IMG/VR virus record: IMGVR_UViG_3300016474_000119
Span: 1 to 59,162 of that record
DNA: 59,162 nt
Strand: one strand, 5' to 3'
Origin: a virus
Taxonomy: Duplodnaviria; Caudoviricetes
The position numbers and the translations under genes are program-made. The notes beneath the pieces were generated by a model, which was given only the letters and a program-made list of their open reading frames with translations, had not been told where the DNA came from and ran no database searches. Positions 28,121-37,718 of this stretch are shown here, piece by piece; the first letter of the stretch is position 1; the number at the start of each line of letters is the position of its first letter.

Positions 28121-28516
28121 TCAGATGAAAGCACGGATAGCGAGCGGATCTCCAGTCACTCGTCCGATGATGTCAAGGTCATTGAAAATAACAAACATAG
28201 CCGACTCGCCGTCGGGCAGAGGCACTTCCCAGCGATCGCCGCCGTATTTCGCAACACGCACGAACTCACCTTCAGCGCACCACGAACCTTCCGGCCAAGA
28301 CTCCATGGTGTTGCGATTCTTGAATGCAAGGGGACCAACGGAAACAACTTTAGCAACCTGAGTATTCCACTTTTCAGTGTCTTTTGAACCACTGTCAATG
28401 ATGATACCGGATGCGGTCTTGGATTTCGGAGTACGAATCTGGACTAGGACACGACTACCGAAGGGTTGAATGCCGGGGTCGGCACTCGGGAAGGCTTCTT
28501 GCATTGCATCGGACAT
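28121..28516 (-). CDS. groES: GroES-like co-chaperonin
   Basis: PFGSRVLV...KTASGIII...AKVVSVGP...KYGG...IFNDLDIIG. Confidence 0.8.
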   Translation of the reverse strand: MSDAMQEAFPSADPGIQPFGSRVLVQIRTPKSKTASGIIIDSGSKDTEKWNTQVAKVVSVGPLAFKNRNTMESWPEGSWCAEGEFVRVAKYGGDRWEVPLPDGESAMFVIFNDLDIIGRVTGDPLAIRAFI

Positions 28517-28539
28517 ACTCTGCTCCTTTCAGCAGTTGG

Positions 28540-28737
28540 TTATAAATCTTTGTCGCCGTTACGCTCTTCATCTAACAGCGCGAGTAACACATTTATGGCT
28601 TCCTCTAGGCCAGCGACCGTCCCAACACGATATCCGTATTCAAAGATATCACAGCGGGACGGCTGCTTTAGAGACAACAGTGCAAAGTCTGCCTGTTTAG
28701 CCTTTAATTTACCTAGCAGTACACTTTCTATGCTCAC
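28540..28737 (-). CDS. Hypothetical protein
   Basis: 65 aa; GTG start coupled to the upstream small ORF. Confidence 0.6.
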   Translation of the reverse strand: MSIESVLLGKLKAKQADFALLSLKQPSRCDIFEYGYRVGTVAGLEEAINVLLALLDEERNGDKDL

Positions 28738-28871
28738 GCAGGGGTCTTCGGCATAGCCGGAGCCGCCGGAGTGGTCTGGCCGGTGACTTTTTCACCAGCC
28801 GCCATGCGATGATGCTGTTTGACCAGTGCGCCGGTCATCGGGACAGTGCCCGGAGTGGGTTTATCAGCCAT
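28734..28871 (-). CDS. Hypothetical protein (45 aa, not in the ORF track)
   Basis: MADKPTPGTVPMTGALVKQHHRMAAGEK...; AAGGAG RBS. Confidence 0.55.
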   Translation of the reverse strand: MADKPTPGTVPMTGALVKQHHRMAAGEKVTGQTTPAAPAMPKTPA

Positions 28872-28891
28872 TTTTAGCTCCTTTTGAGCGG

Positions 28892-31396
28892 TTAGGGGTT
28901 AGGATTTACGCCGGTTCCGGTAGAAACAGCGACTTTCTCACCGGTAGCCATCTCTGCAGCCGCCAGAAGCATAGCGGTCTCGTTATCAGCGTTGTTCATC
29001 GTCATTCTAGCCTCGTCTCCAGCAGCACTACGCTGGTTTTCAGCACTCTGACGCAGCTGTTCACGCTGAAGTTCTGCTTCTCGTGCCGCTTTCTGGTCAA
29101 TCAGCTTAGCCTGTTCAATCTGACCTTGCTGTTGCAGCTTCGCCTGGTCAATTTGACCCTGTTGCTGGAGCTTGGCTTGGTCAAGTTGAGCACGTTGTTG
29201 CGCGAGTTGACCCTGCAGCTGGGCATTGAGCTGAGCAATCTGCATGGAATTGTCAGGCGGCATCGGGGGCTGAGGCTTAAACTGCTGAGCACTCTGGTCA
29301 ATCTGCGCCAATTCTTGAGCGAAGCCTCCGAGTTGATGCTCGATGTACTGTTGAACCTGCAGAATGACGTTGATTTCCTGCTCTGCATCCTTGCTGATGA
29401 GTTCCTGCTGGTGCGCCTTGTCAACAGCGTTGTGGGCTTCAACAAGGTAGTAGTTCAGCAGGTGGTCTCGCAGGTGCGTTGCCATCGGGTACAGGAAGGT
29501 TCTAGCGATAACCGGGTTAGAACCAAACAGCGGAGACTTCAGGAAAGCTAGATGTGCCTTCAAATGCGCGATGTGATCCTGTTTCGGTAGTACGAAGACA
29601 GCCTGACCCATAGTCGCCGCTACGTTCTCAGACACCGGGTCAACGTCTTGAGAACCCGGCTTAGGTTGCAGCACTTCGCTGTCAGGAACCTTCAGGCTGC
29701 GGAGGAACATCTCCTCCACTTTACGCGGATCGTACAGCTGAGGCATCACCGCTGCACGCTGCATGATTGCTTGAATCTGCGCGAATCGCTGGGTCTCGCT
29801 GAAGATTGCCGGGTCAGACACCGGAATAACGTCCAGCTCACCGTCAAAGTCACTCGGGTCAATCTCGATGCCCGAACGAGTAGCCTTGATGTCTTCTTCG
29901 GTCAGATACGCACTGTTGATACGATGCAGAATCTTGAAGACTCGCTCCATCGAGTTGTGCAGACGGCTGTGGATAGAGCTAAACACCACCATACCCTGCT
30001 CGATGAGAGCCATCGTCGTACCGACCGGCTGATTCGGATTAGAATCCGACAGCTTCTCGAACGAAGTCTGCACCACACCCTTACCCGCATCTACCAAGAA
30101 GCCGAGCAGCTGGAACAGCGTCGGACTCGGACCATTGAACGGTAGCGGCATAGCCAGCTTACGCACGTCATCAATCAGCGCACCGCCTTCCAGCTCAGCG
30201 ACTTCGGTCGCCTGTACGTTGATAGTCTGACCTGCGGGACCACCCTTGAGCTTGAGCAGGGTGGGTACGTTCTGAATATGTGCGGAGTCTAGCAGTGCGC
30301 GTAGTGCGCCCGTAGCCGCGCCGGACAAACCACCGATCATATGCGTCAGACCGATAGGATATGCGCCGCGCCAAGGGATAAAGGGGAACTCAACAATCCA
30401 CTCGAGTTCTCGCTTCATCTCATCGTCGGCTTCCCAGTTGCGGTACAGCGCCAGACCCTTACGGGTCGTGCTGTCGATACTGAGAATATACGGCTCCATG
30501 CCGTCGCCAAAATCCAGGAACGTATAGATCTCAAAAATGGTGCGGAGTCCGTCTTCGTTGTACGAAGTCTTCTCACGACCTTCGATCTTGTTGTTCGCTT
30601 CGCTGGACTTGCTGTACTCGGGGTCGTCCGGCGCACCGAGGTCAACATCAATGTACATGCCGCGCTTAACGCGACGCTGGTACTCCATTTCCGTGACGTA
30701 CTGGACGTGAGTCTTACGGTCTGCGGAATAGAAATTAGTAGCTGCGAACGGCAGGTAGATATCATCAATCGGAATGAACTCCGAGGTCGGACGCTTCCAC
30801 TGCGGGTTCCACATGAGCTTCAGGTACTGGCCACCGCCCAGCGGGAGTTGCGTAGACAGCTGCTCGAGTTCAGCGCGGAACTCCGGCATCTGCTGCGTCA
30901 CCTGCCAGTTCATGAAGGTAGACTTGCGTTCAGCCTTGGCGACCTTCTGCTTGTCTTGCTCGCCGATGATCTTGCTCTTTACCGGACCAGAAGGCGGGAA
31001 GACTTCCTTCATGAACCTAGCCGAGAAGTCCACACAGGCTTCAATAAGCATCGGATGCACGACCTTGTTAGCGCCAGTGAACTGAGCACCGCCCGGAGCA
31101 TCGTCACCCAGACCAGTACGACGCAGACCTTCTTCGTACTGCTTGTCGCGCTTGCTACGAGCCTCTTTATCCTTCTCGATCTTGTCGAGCAGGTCAGAGA
31201 TAGCCGCTTCCAGTTCAGCCGAAGGAACATCTTCGATGATGTTGGCAAAATGGGCGAGGTTGCGCTTTACGTCTTCCTCGTTGCCGAAGCGAATGACGGC
31301 ACCGCCGTCTTCGGTGTCTTCTACTTCCAGATTCTCGTCCTCAAGGTGAACTGTCTCACCTTGCATTTCTTCGTCTTGGTCTGGAATATTAGGCAT
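28892..31396 (-). CDS. Portal protein
   Basis: About 834 aa; FTGANKVVHPMLIEACVDF and IPVSDP motifs; Q-rich C-terminal barrel as in P22-like portals. Confidence 0.85.
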   Translation of the reverse strand: MPNIPDQDEEMQGETVHLEDENLEVEDTEDGGAVIRFGNEEDVKRNLAHFANIIEDVPSAELEAAISDLLDKIEKDKEARSKRDKQYEEGLRRTGLGDDAPGGAQFTGANKVVHPMLIEACVDFSARFMKEVFPPSGPVKSKIIGEQDKQKVAKAERKSTFMNWQVTQQMPEFRAELEQLSTQLPLGGGQYLKLMWNPQWKRPTSEFIPIDDIYLPFAATNFYSADRKTHVQYVTEMEYQRRVKRGMYIDVDLGAPDDPEYSKSSEANNKIEGREKTSYNEDGLRTIFEIYTFLDFGDGMEPYILSIDSTTRKGLALYRNWEADDEMKRELEWIVEFPFIPWRGAYPIGLTHMIGGLSGAATGALRALLDSAHIQNVPTLLKLKGGPAGQTINVQATEVAELEGGALIDDVRKLAMPLPFNGPSPTLFQLLGFLVDAGKGVVQTSFEKLSDSNPNQPVGTTMALIEQGMVVFSSIHSRLHNSMERVFKILHRINSAYLTEEDIKATRSGIEIDPSDFDGELDVIPVSDPAIFSETQRFAQIQAIMQRAAVMPQLYDPRKVEEMFLRSLKVPDSEVLQPKPGSQDVDPVSENVAATMGQAVFVLPKQDHIAHLKAHLAFLKSPLFGSNPVIARTFLYPMATHLRDHLLNYYLVEAHNAVDKAHQQELISKDAEQEINVILQVQQYIEHQLGGFAQELAQIDQSAQQFKPQPPMPPDNSMQIAQLNAQLQGQLAQQRAQLDQAKLQQQGQIDQAKLQQQGQIEQAKLIDQKAAREAELQREQLRQSAENQRSAAGDEARMTMNNADNETAMLLAAAEMATGEKVAVSTGTGVNPNP
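29100..29200 (-). repeat. 33-bp period repeats in the portal C-terminus
   Basis: LDQAKLQQQGQ IDQAKLQQQGQ IEQAKL. Confidence 0.7.
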
Positions 31397-34358
31397 GCAT
31401 GTCCTCGCGCAGTCGCGTTGCGGCATTTTCAATTTCAGCCGGATTATACTCTACAAATCCTCCAGAGGCAAATCCCTTGAGATTATTTCTACCGAAACTA
31501 ACATAAGACGTGTTTCCAGGACCCAAAACACCCTCAACCGTATTCCTATAAACACCGAGATCTAGACCACGGTCGGCAACCATCTTGCTGATGATCGCAG
31601 ATTTGACAGCGTCAGGATCTACATTTTCAAAATTCATAGGTCTGGAATAGAACTTGTCAACTTCGGCTTGGAACTGCTTAGACAGCCCGAGTTCTTTTGC
31701 AAGGACGTCTGGATATTCAAAAGCCTCATCGCTCAACCTGAAAGAATTCTTAGCTTGAGCTAGAACCGGCCTGACCCGAGGAGAAAGATTCTTGTTAGCT
31801 TCTTGGAAACCACCCAAGTAGTGTTCTATCAGTGTCTTTAGCTGATCTTCATTTCCAGCCGAAGCAAAGTGAAGACCCGGATACTGAGCTTCCGGAGAAC
31901 GAACGCCGATATGTTTAGAATAAGAAACGCGCGAGCCGGGCAGTACGAACCCTTGATCATAAGCCTTTGAAGCCGCACCCAGGTCAACTTTCTTACCCAT
32001 ATCATCGTAGGTTTTCTCTACGACTTCGGCCATTTTCGGGTCTTCGTTCAGATAATGCCGATGCAGTCTCTCGAGCAACGACTCATGTTTGAGGTTGGCT
32101 TTCTGAGAGGCCTCTAAAGCCGCCAGTGCTTCTTCTTTTGAAGGAGTTTTCACAGCCTTTCTAACCAATTTACCGAGCGCGTTCAAACCAAATTCAACCG
32201 CACCACCTATACCATACTTGCTCTCAAGACCAACCAAACCACCCTCAGCATAACCCAGCATGCCACCTTCCTGCATATCAACCATGTGATTGACACCGGC
32301 TTGGTCGGGAGCGATATCATCTACGAGGCCTCCCTCGGCAAAGCCTGCTTCAGATCCAATTACGTTACCGACAGCATCATATTTGAGACGCTTACCTTCG
32401 GGGACGATTAGGTTATGCAAACGCTGGATATCTTCTCCGCTCAGAATGTGGGGTATGTCGGTTTCCCCGGCTTCTCGGAGCTTACCCAACTCACCTTCAC
32501 TGAATACGTCTCGGGTCGCGCGCATACCCGTGTTCTGAATATCACCCACATCGCTCCACTTACCGGAGCGGACGAAGTCCTGCACGAACGGAAGATATTC
32601 GTCTTTCGGCTTTTTGTTAGCTTTACCCTTGATTTGGACAATCGACTGCGGAACCGGTCGGGAAGCTATTTCGTTGTAGATTTCCGGCTTGGCGTCTTTC
32701 AACCAATCCCAAAAACCCGAAGCATAATGCATGGAATGTTTACCAGAAGCCTCAAAAGCCTTAGAGTATTCATCCATCAAATCGGGGTACGTATGACCCA
32801 GCTGCTGAGAAACAGAACCGCTGAGCGGTTTATTTACGTTGATAGCTTCACGAGACGGGCTAGTCTCAATCGTCACATGCGGCTCACCCTTTTTATCGCG
32901 CAGGGAGAAGATGCGGGAGCGACCTTCTATTACGTCAGGGCAGTATCCTCCAACACAATGACCCATGGTCTCGCCTTCGTACTTGAGGGCGTCTTGGAGC
33001 GCGTTTGCTTCTGGAGACTCGAACTGCTTGTTGCCAAGGTAAGCAGAGCTGGTGCCCTCTGGCGCTTTCAACTCCACCCACTTGTAACCCTGCTCAGGAT
33101 ACTCTTTGTGCAGGACAGTCGCTGCGTTGTTAGCCTTCTCTGCGTTAGCCGCAATCTTCTGCTCGGCTCGCCAAGCATTGATCTTTGCCACTAGCTCGGA
33201 GGCCTGCGGCACTGTGATCTTGTCCAGCTTAGCCGGATCCAGCTGTAGATTCCTCGGCAGACCGGAGTTCGGATTCATCGCATTCTTGAGTTCATCGATG
33301 AGGTGTGGGAAACCGAGTTCGCCATAACGACCGAGGTCGCGGTCGGCTTGGTAAACCATCGTCTCCGGATCTACCTTGTTTATCCAAGGATTGCCGGGTT
33401 CGTGAGGAGTACCTTTTACGGTGCGAGCGTAAAACGGGGAAATAGCCGAGTCCGCTGCATTCTCCCAACCTGCAGCCATGCGTGCAAACTCTTCCTCGTC
33501 TACAGGATAACCACGTTCAGCGTGAATCAAAGTGGAAGTCGGTTCTTCTGGGTATCCCGCAATACGGCGACGACGCGCCACTTCTTCCGGAATCCAATCT
33601 GCAGACATCATCAGGTCTTCTTTGTTCGGCACGTGCGTGATACCGCGACCGGCTAGCTCGCGCAGCGGGTCTTCTAAAGTACCCATCTCATTGCGGATGT
33701 ACTTGCCGAGCTTAGTGTCGAGCCAGTTCTGCAGAGCGACATTCGGGCGCAACCATTCGTGCCCACGCTCAACCTGTGCTCGCGTTTCTGGACTCATCGT
33801 CGCCATGACATCTGGCGGGTATGTAGCTTCCATTTCTGCTAACGTTTCCTTAGCAGTTCGGTTTCCCGCGCCCGTTTTAGGAACTAACGGCTTAATCGCT
33901 TCCTCCACCGAACCCGCCAGCCAGTTACCGCCCTTCGGCTTTATGACATTCATCGTCGGAGAGACGCCATACTTCTCAGACAGCTGGAGTGCGTGGCGAG
34001 CAGCGTGAGGTGCGGACTCTTTGAGCACCTTACCCGCGATTCTAACCGGAGTAGTAACAGCTTGCGTCGGCAGAGGTACGAACTCACCGAGGGACTGCGA
34101 CACTTTACCAGTCTGCGAAGTCGGCGCCAAGGGTAGTGCGCCACGGAAATACTCGCTACCGTAAGGAATGTCTGAGCCGCCCAGCTGCTTCACGCGCAGC
34201 AGGTTCAGAATGTCTGCCGGAGCACCCAAGGTAGTCGTAACAGCACCGCGACCCGCGCCGAGGAGCATGTCAGCCAGACCTCGCAGGGCGCCCGGTACTA
34301 TGTCGTTAGGTTCGCGTACTATCTGACCTGCGCGATTGCGAGCGTAGTTATCTGCCAC
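31389..34358 (-). CDS. Large polyvalent-type protein: PcfJ-like domain plus C-terminal ADP-ribosyltransferase-like domain
   Basis: LKYEGETMGHCVGGY...IFSLRD..GEPHVTIE...QIKGKAN (PcfJ-like); GLHF...PVLAQAKNSFRLSD...GLDLGVYRNTVEG...SYVSF..NNLK (ART-PolyVal-like). Confidence 0.65.
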   Translation of the reverse strand: MADNYARNRAGQIVREPNDIVPGALRGLADMLLGAGRGAVTTTLGAPADILNLLRVKQLGGSDIPYGSEYFRGALPLAPTSQTGKVSQSLGEFVPLPTQAVTTPVRIAGKVLKESAPHAARHALQLSEKYGVSPTMNVIKPKGGNWLAGSVEEAIKPLVPKTGAGNRTAKETLAEMEATYPPDVMATMSPETRAQVERGHEWLRPNVALQNWLDTKLGKYIRNEMGTLEDPLRELAGRGITHVPNKEDLMMSADWIPEEVARRRRIAGYPEEPTSTLIHAERGYPVDEEEFARMAAGWENAADSAISPFYARTVKGTPHEPGNPWINKVDPETMVYQADRDLGRYGELGFPHLIDELKNAMNPNSGLPRNLQLDPAKLDKITVPQASELVAKINAWRAEQKIAANAEKANNAATVLHKEYPEQGYKWVELKAPEGTSSAYLGNKQFESPEANALQDALKYEGETMGHCVGGYCPDVIEGRSRIFSLRDKKGEPHVTIETSPSREAINVNKPLSGSVSQQLGHTYPDLMDEYSKAFEASGKHSMHYASGFWDWLKDAKPEIYNEIASRPVPQSIVQIKGKANKKPKDEYLPFVQDFVRSGKWSDVGDIQNTGMRATRDVFSEGELGKLREAGETDIPHILSGEDIQRLHNLIVPEGKRLKYDAVGNVIGSEAGFAEGGLVDDIAPDQAGVNHMVDMQEGGMLGYAEGGLVGLESKYGIGGAVEFGLNALGKLVRKAVKTPSKEEALAALEASQKANLKHESLLERLHRHYLNEDPKMAEVVEKTYDDMGKKVDLGAASKAYDQGFVLPGSRVSYSKHIGVRSPEAQYPGLHFASAGNEDQLKTLIEHYLGGFQEANKNLSPRVRPVLAQAKNSFRLSDEAFEYPDVLAKELGLSKQFQAEVDKFYSRPMNFENVDPDAVKSAIISKMVADRGLDLGVYRNTVEGVLGPGNTSYVSFGRNNLKGFASGGFVEYNPAEIENAATRLREDMHA

Positions 34359-34893
34359 AGCTGCACTCCTTGTATTGAGCTAGACCGCCGGTAGCCTTGT
34401 TGACCGGCGGGATATTCAGATTGACGTCACGACCTTCGCGACCTATGAATGCATCTCCGAGTTCCCCGGCAGCCGCGTTGGGCTTCAGCGTCAGAAAGTA
34501 CAGTGCTGAGCGAAGCGGAGCCTCGATGTTGCGACGCATCGGACTCATCTGTTCATACCGCTCTACGTTCGCTTTACGCTCGTCGTTCAGGAAGTCGTAC
34601 CGGTCTACGACACGATACCCACCGTTCGGCTGCGGGATGTAAGCGAACCGACCCAGCGTGGTTTTGATAGGCTCGTAACCTGGACCGACCTGCTCGCCTT
34701 CCGGGTAGTCCGCGTACTTCACGGCTCCGCGACCGGTTACGTTTCCGGTGCGAACCTGAGATGCCGCAATAGCATTGCGGATGTTTTGAATTTCGTTGGG
34801 AGTGAAGTCGCGCTCGGTGATAGGTTCGCGGTTGCCGAACAACGTCGACAAGAATGTGCGAGCGTCCGATGCGATATAGTCTTTAAGCGGCAT
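34348..34893 (-). CDS. Hypothetical protein
   Basis: 181 aa; TTLGRF.Y and VVDRYDF motifs; C-terminal KATGG. Confidence 0.65.
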   Translation of the reverse strand: MPLKDYIASDARTFLSTLFGNREPITERDFTPNEIQNIRNAIAASQVRTGNVTGRGAVKYADYPEGEQVGPGYEPIKTTLGRFAYIPQPNGGYRVVDRYDFLNDERKANVERYEQMSPMRRNIEAPLRSALYFLTLKPNAAAGELGDAFIGREGRDVNLNIPPVNKATGGLAQYKECSCGR

Positions 34894-36448
34894 AGGGATT
34901 CACGTAAGACTTCTGTTTGGGTCTCGGCTCGTCCACGTCCTTGGCTTCGGGCATGTCGAACCAACGATCATTCTTCAAATAGATCACCACCTGCGTCAAG
35001 GTATCTACGTAGTCGTCGTGCTCAGCCACCGGGAACTTGGCTACCTGTTTCAAGAATGCCTGCGCCCAAGTCACCGGGTGTCCAGGATTCTTCTTTGACT
35101 CAGGCAACCACAGGACACCCATCTCCAGGATTGGTGCTGCTTGGTGTGCTCGGGATATCTTGTCCGCGTTTCCTGGATTATACCCGATGGCAGGCACTTT
35201 CGCCAAGCGGAAGTCTTGCAATAGCGATTGTCCGGACGCCTTGGCTTCTACCAACACTCGATTAGGCCGTTTCGGACGGGAGAACGGACTCTCGTCAGTT
35301 GCCCCACCATACTCCGTGTTCCACTCCTTGATGGCGCGTTCGCGTAGGTCAGGGTAAGACAGGTGCTCGTCCCATGCGTCCAGCAGCATGACGTTGCGCC
35401 GACCCTTGAAGGTGAAGACACCCCAGGCCGTGAATGCCGTCGGGTCTCCGGTGGTCTTCTCGGTGAATGCGCAGTCGTAGGACTGGATGATGTACTCGAA
35501 CTGCGGCAGTTCCTTGTCGGAAGGCCACAGGTTAAAGTGCTTGGTTTTGAGTATGCCGCCTTCTGCGGGTGTCGGGTCTTGTTGCAGCTGACCAGATGAG
35601 CCATACGTACCGAGTAGTTGTCTGAGTTCGGTTACGGAGTGTTCATCGAACATCTCCGGCCAAAGCAGTTCCCCCTTTTCTTTACGAGGGTCGTAGTAAC
35701 CGAGGAAGGTTTTACGCCGGTTACCATCGTATTCCATAGGAATGCAAATATGAGTGTAACCCGTTAGATCTTCAACGATATGCCCGGTTACGTCTTTCTC
35801 GTGCAGGCGTTGCATAACGACAACTGTGCTAGCGCCGCGAGACTGTCCTCGGGTTGACAATGTGCGATCAAACCACGTCAGTGCCAATTCGCGCTCGGCA
35901 TCAGACTCTGCCTGTTTAGCGTTGTGAGGGTCGTCAACAATCTTACGGTCAGGGTGTTCGCCCGTCGCACGACCGCCAACCGAGGTTGCGAGCCGCCAAC
36001 CCCCTTCGGTCAGTTCGTATTTAGTTTTCTGATCTGAACCTGAGCGTATCTTAACTTCTGGCCATCTCTCTTGATACCACTCAGAAGTTATGATGTCGCG
36101 AGTCTTTGCGGCATCTCGTATTGAGAGATCAACACCATAACTGGCGCTCATAAACCGTATCGTGGAATCGTTCGCCCACTCCCATGCAGGCCACGCCACA
36201 GACGTCAGAATAGACTTCATGCAGCCTGGAGGGATGTTAATTACGAGGTTTCGTATGTCCCCCCTCGTGACCGCCATCAAGTGTTCCGCGATAACGTGCA
36301 GGTGCCAATTGTCTTTGAAGTCTTGCCCAGGCTCGATGATGTCAAAACTCTGACGAGTGAACGACATGAGATCTCGTTGGGCATCCCGACGATCCTTCTC
36401 TTTCTTGATCATATCCAGCATGATTGCCGGAGACATCGGAGCATTCAT
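34883..36448 (-). CDS. terL: Terminase large subunit
   Basis: INIPPGCMKS (Walker A), IVDDPH (Walker B), VMQRLHE, QSYDCA, VEAKASG, HDDYVD nuclease motif. Confidence 0.95.
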   Translation of the reverse strand: MNAPMSPAIMLDMIKKEKDRRDAQRDLMSFTRQSFDIIEPGQDFKDNWHLHVIAEHLMAVTRGDIRNLVINIPPGCMKSILTSVAWPAWEWANDSTIRFMSASYGVDLSIRDAAKTRDIITSEWYQERWPEVKIRSGSDQKTKYELTEGGWRLATSVGGRATGEHPDRKIVDDPHNAKQAESDAERELALTWFDRTLSTRGQSRGASTVVVMQRLHEKDVTGHIVEDLTGYTHICIPMEYDGNRRKTFLGYYDPRKEKGELLWPEMFDEHSVTELRQLLGTYGSSGQLQQDPTPAEGGILKTKHFNLWPSDKELPQFEYIIQSYDCAFTEKTTGDPTAFTAWGVFTFKGRRNVMLLDAWDEHLSYPDLRERAIKEWNTEYGGATDESPFSRPKRPNRVLVEAKASGQSLLQDFRLAKVPAIGYNPGNADKISRAHQAAPILEMGVLWLPESKKNPGHPVTWAQAFLKQVAKFPVAEHDDYVDTLTQVVIYLKNDRWFDMPEAKDVDEPRPKQKSYVNPYAA

Positions 36449-36990
36449 GTTACTTTCTCCCAACGAATATGACCTTTAGCTTTTGAATGCCTGGCGACGT
36501 TACCAGGATTGGTAACCATTCCGCAGTCTAAGCATATCATTTTGACCGCGCAGTTTAACTTACCGGCCACCTTACCACCTTTAGCAGCAATTCTTCTTAG
36601 CAGTTCAGTGTTTCTTGGTCCGGTGACGGCTCCTCCTTTTTTACCCAAAGCGGAGTACTGTTCCCGGCTGACTTTTTCCCGACCGGCGCGAACATCGTCA
36701 GGGTGGATAGCTCGGTTATTAGTCCGGTTGTAATATTGATTAGACCTCACGGCGTCGTGAAAGTCTATCAGGCTTTTTTCCACACACATGACATATTCTT
36801 TACTCCCGGTGACAACGATTTGTTTTTCAAACCTGTTTGGATTTCCGCGGAATAAAGGTTCTATGTGACGACTGCTCGTGAAATAGCTCACCCCTAGTTC
36901 TTCCGGGCAGCAACCTGCCGCGAACCGAACCCCAATGTATCGGAGTCCAGTTTCGCGATCAGTTATACGATAGACGTAAGGTAAACTCAT
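36445..36990 (-). CDS. Free-standing GIY-YIG homing endonuclease-like protein
   Basis: YVYRIT...RYIGVR...YFTSS...EKSLI...YYN; C-terminal CxxC...H zinc-finger-like motif. Confidence 0.75.
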   Translation of the reverse strand: MSLPYVYRITDRETGLRYIGVRFAAGCCPEELGVSYFTSSRHIEPLFRGNPNRFEKQIVVTGSKEYVMCVEKSLIDFHDAVRSNQYYNRTNNRAIHPDDVRAGREKVSREQYSALGKKGGAVTGPRNTELLRRIAAKGGKVAGKLNCAVKMICLDCGMVTNPGNVARHSKAKGHIRWEKVT

Positions 36991-37145
36991 TGTGTTGCTA
37001 CGGGAGCACCAACGATTTCGTGTGCGATCTCATGAGCCATGACTCTAATCTCGTTGACCGGATAGTCATCCGTCAGAGCTGGATTAGACAGCATTCCCGC
37101 CATTAGGTGGATCACCGCGTATTCGTATTTAGTCATCGTTTCCAT
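36987..37145 (-). CDS. Hypothetical protein
   Basis: METMTKYEYAVIHLMAGMLSNP; AGGAG RBS. Confidence 0.6.
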   Translation of the reverse strand: METMTKYEYAVIHLMAGMLSNPALTDDYPVNEIRVMAHEIAHEIVGAPVATQ

Positions 37146-37146
37146 C

Positions 37147-37464
37147 TTAAATCTCCTTAACAAAGGTTCCATCCGGCATCAGGGTTCCCTTGCGATCTTT
37201 AATCTCTTGATACGCATCAATCAGGCAGTGCACAACATCGATGTCTTTGAGTGCGCAGTAGTTGATGAGGCAGACCATGACGTCACCGACGCCATCCTTG
37301 ATCTTCTCAAGATCCTTCTTACCTTCGGCATCGCATAACTCGCCCAGCTCGCTGACCATCTTGAGCAGCTGGCTAGCAGGGGAAGCATTGGGTATAATCT
37401 TCCGAGCCTCTGCCCAGCGTAGCACGTCCAACTCGATCTCACGGTAGCTGACTTTCATAACCAT
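37147..37464 (-). CDS. MazG-like nucleotide pyrophosphohydrolase
   Basis: QLLKMVSELGEL...DGVGDVMVCL...AYQEIKDRKG...FVKE. Confidence 0.85.
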   Translation of the reverse strand: MVMKVSYREIELDVLRWAEARKIIPNASPASQLLKMVSELGELCDAEGKKDLEKIKDGVGDVMVCLINYCALKDIDVVHCLIDAYQEIKDRKGTLMPDGTFVKEI

Positions 37465-37718
37465 TACTTTTCTCCTCGTTGAAGTATAGCTGCTTCTATC
37501 AATACCGCTACCTGTTGGGCAATCATCTTCTCTGTCTCTCGCACCGCAGGGTGCCGACCCCACGACTCTGCCAGCAGGGTTGCGGTCTGCGCACAAGCAT
37601 TACGCTCTTGCTCCCGGATACCCTGGATGGCTCGCCACAGTCGAGGATGGTCTACCTTCGCAGCCACCGGGGAAGCCGTGAAGCATTCAATGATCTCCTT
37701 CATGTCATCATCCATCAT
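37464..37718 (-). CDS. Hypothetical protein (ERxACA family)
   Basis: EQERNACAQ motif; coupled to its neighbours. Confidence 0.6.
   Translation of the reverse strand: MMDDDMKEIIECFTASPVAAKVDHPRLWRAIQGIREQERNACAQTATLLAESWGRHPAVRETEKMIAQQVAVLIEAAILQRGEK

Noticed and set aside
30341-31480. Long plus-strand ORFs antisense to the portal, capsid and ejection genes (also 24784-25521, 26608-27402, 32415-33194)
   Set aside because: Shadow frames of strongly codon-biased genes; no RBS or recognisable motifs.
36560-36650. KKGG/AKGG in the GIY-YIG protein as further copies of the virion GG motif
   Set aside because: They look like the basic KGG-type repeats common in homing-endonuclease DNA-binding tails, so they were not counted.
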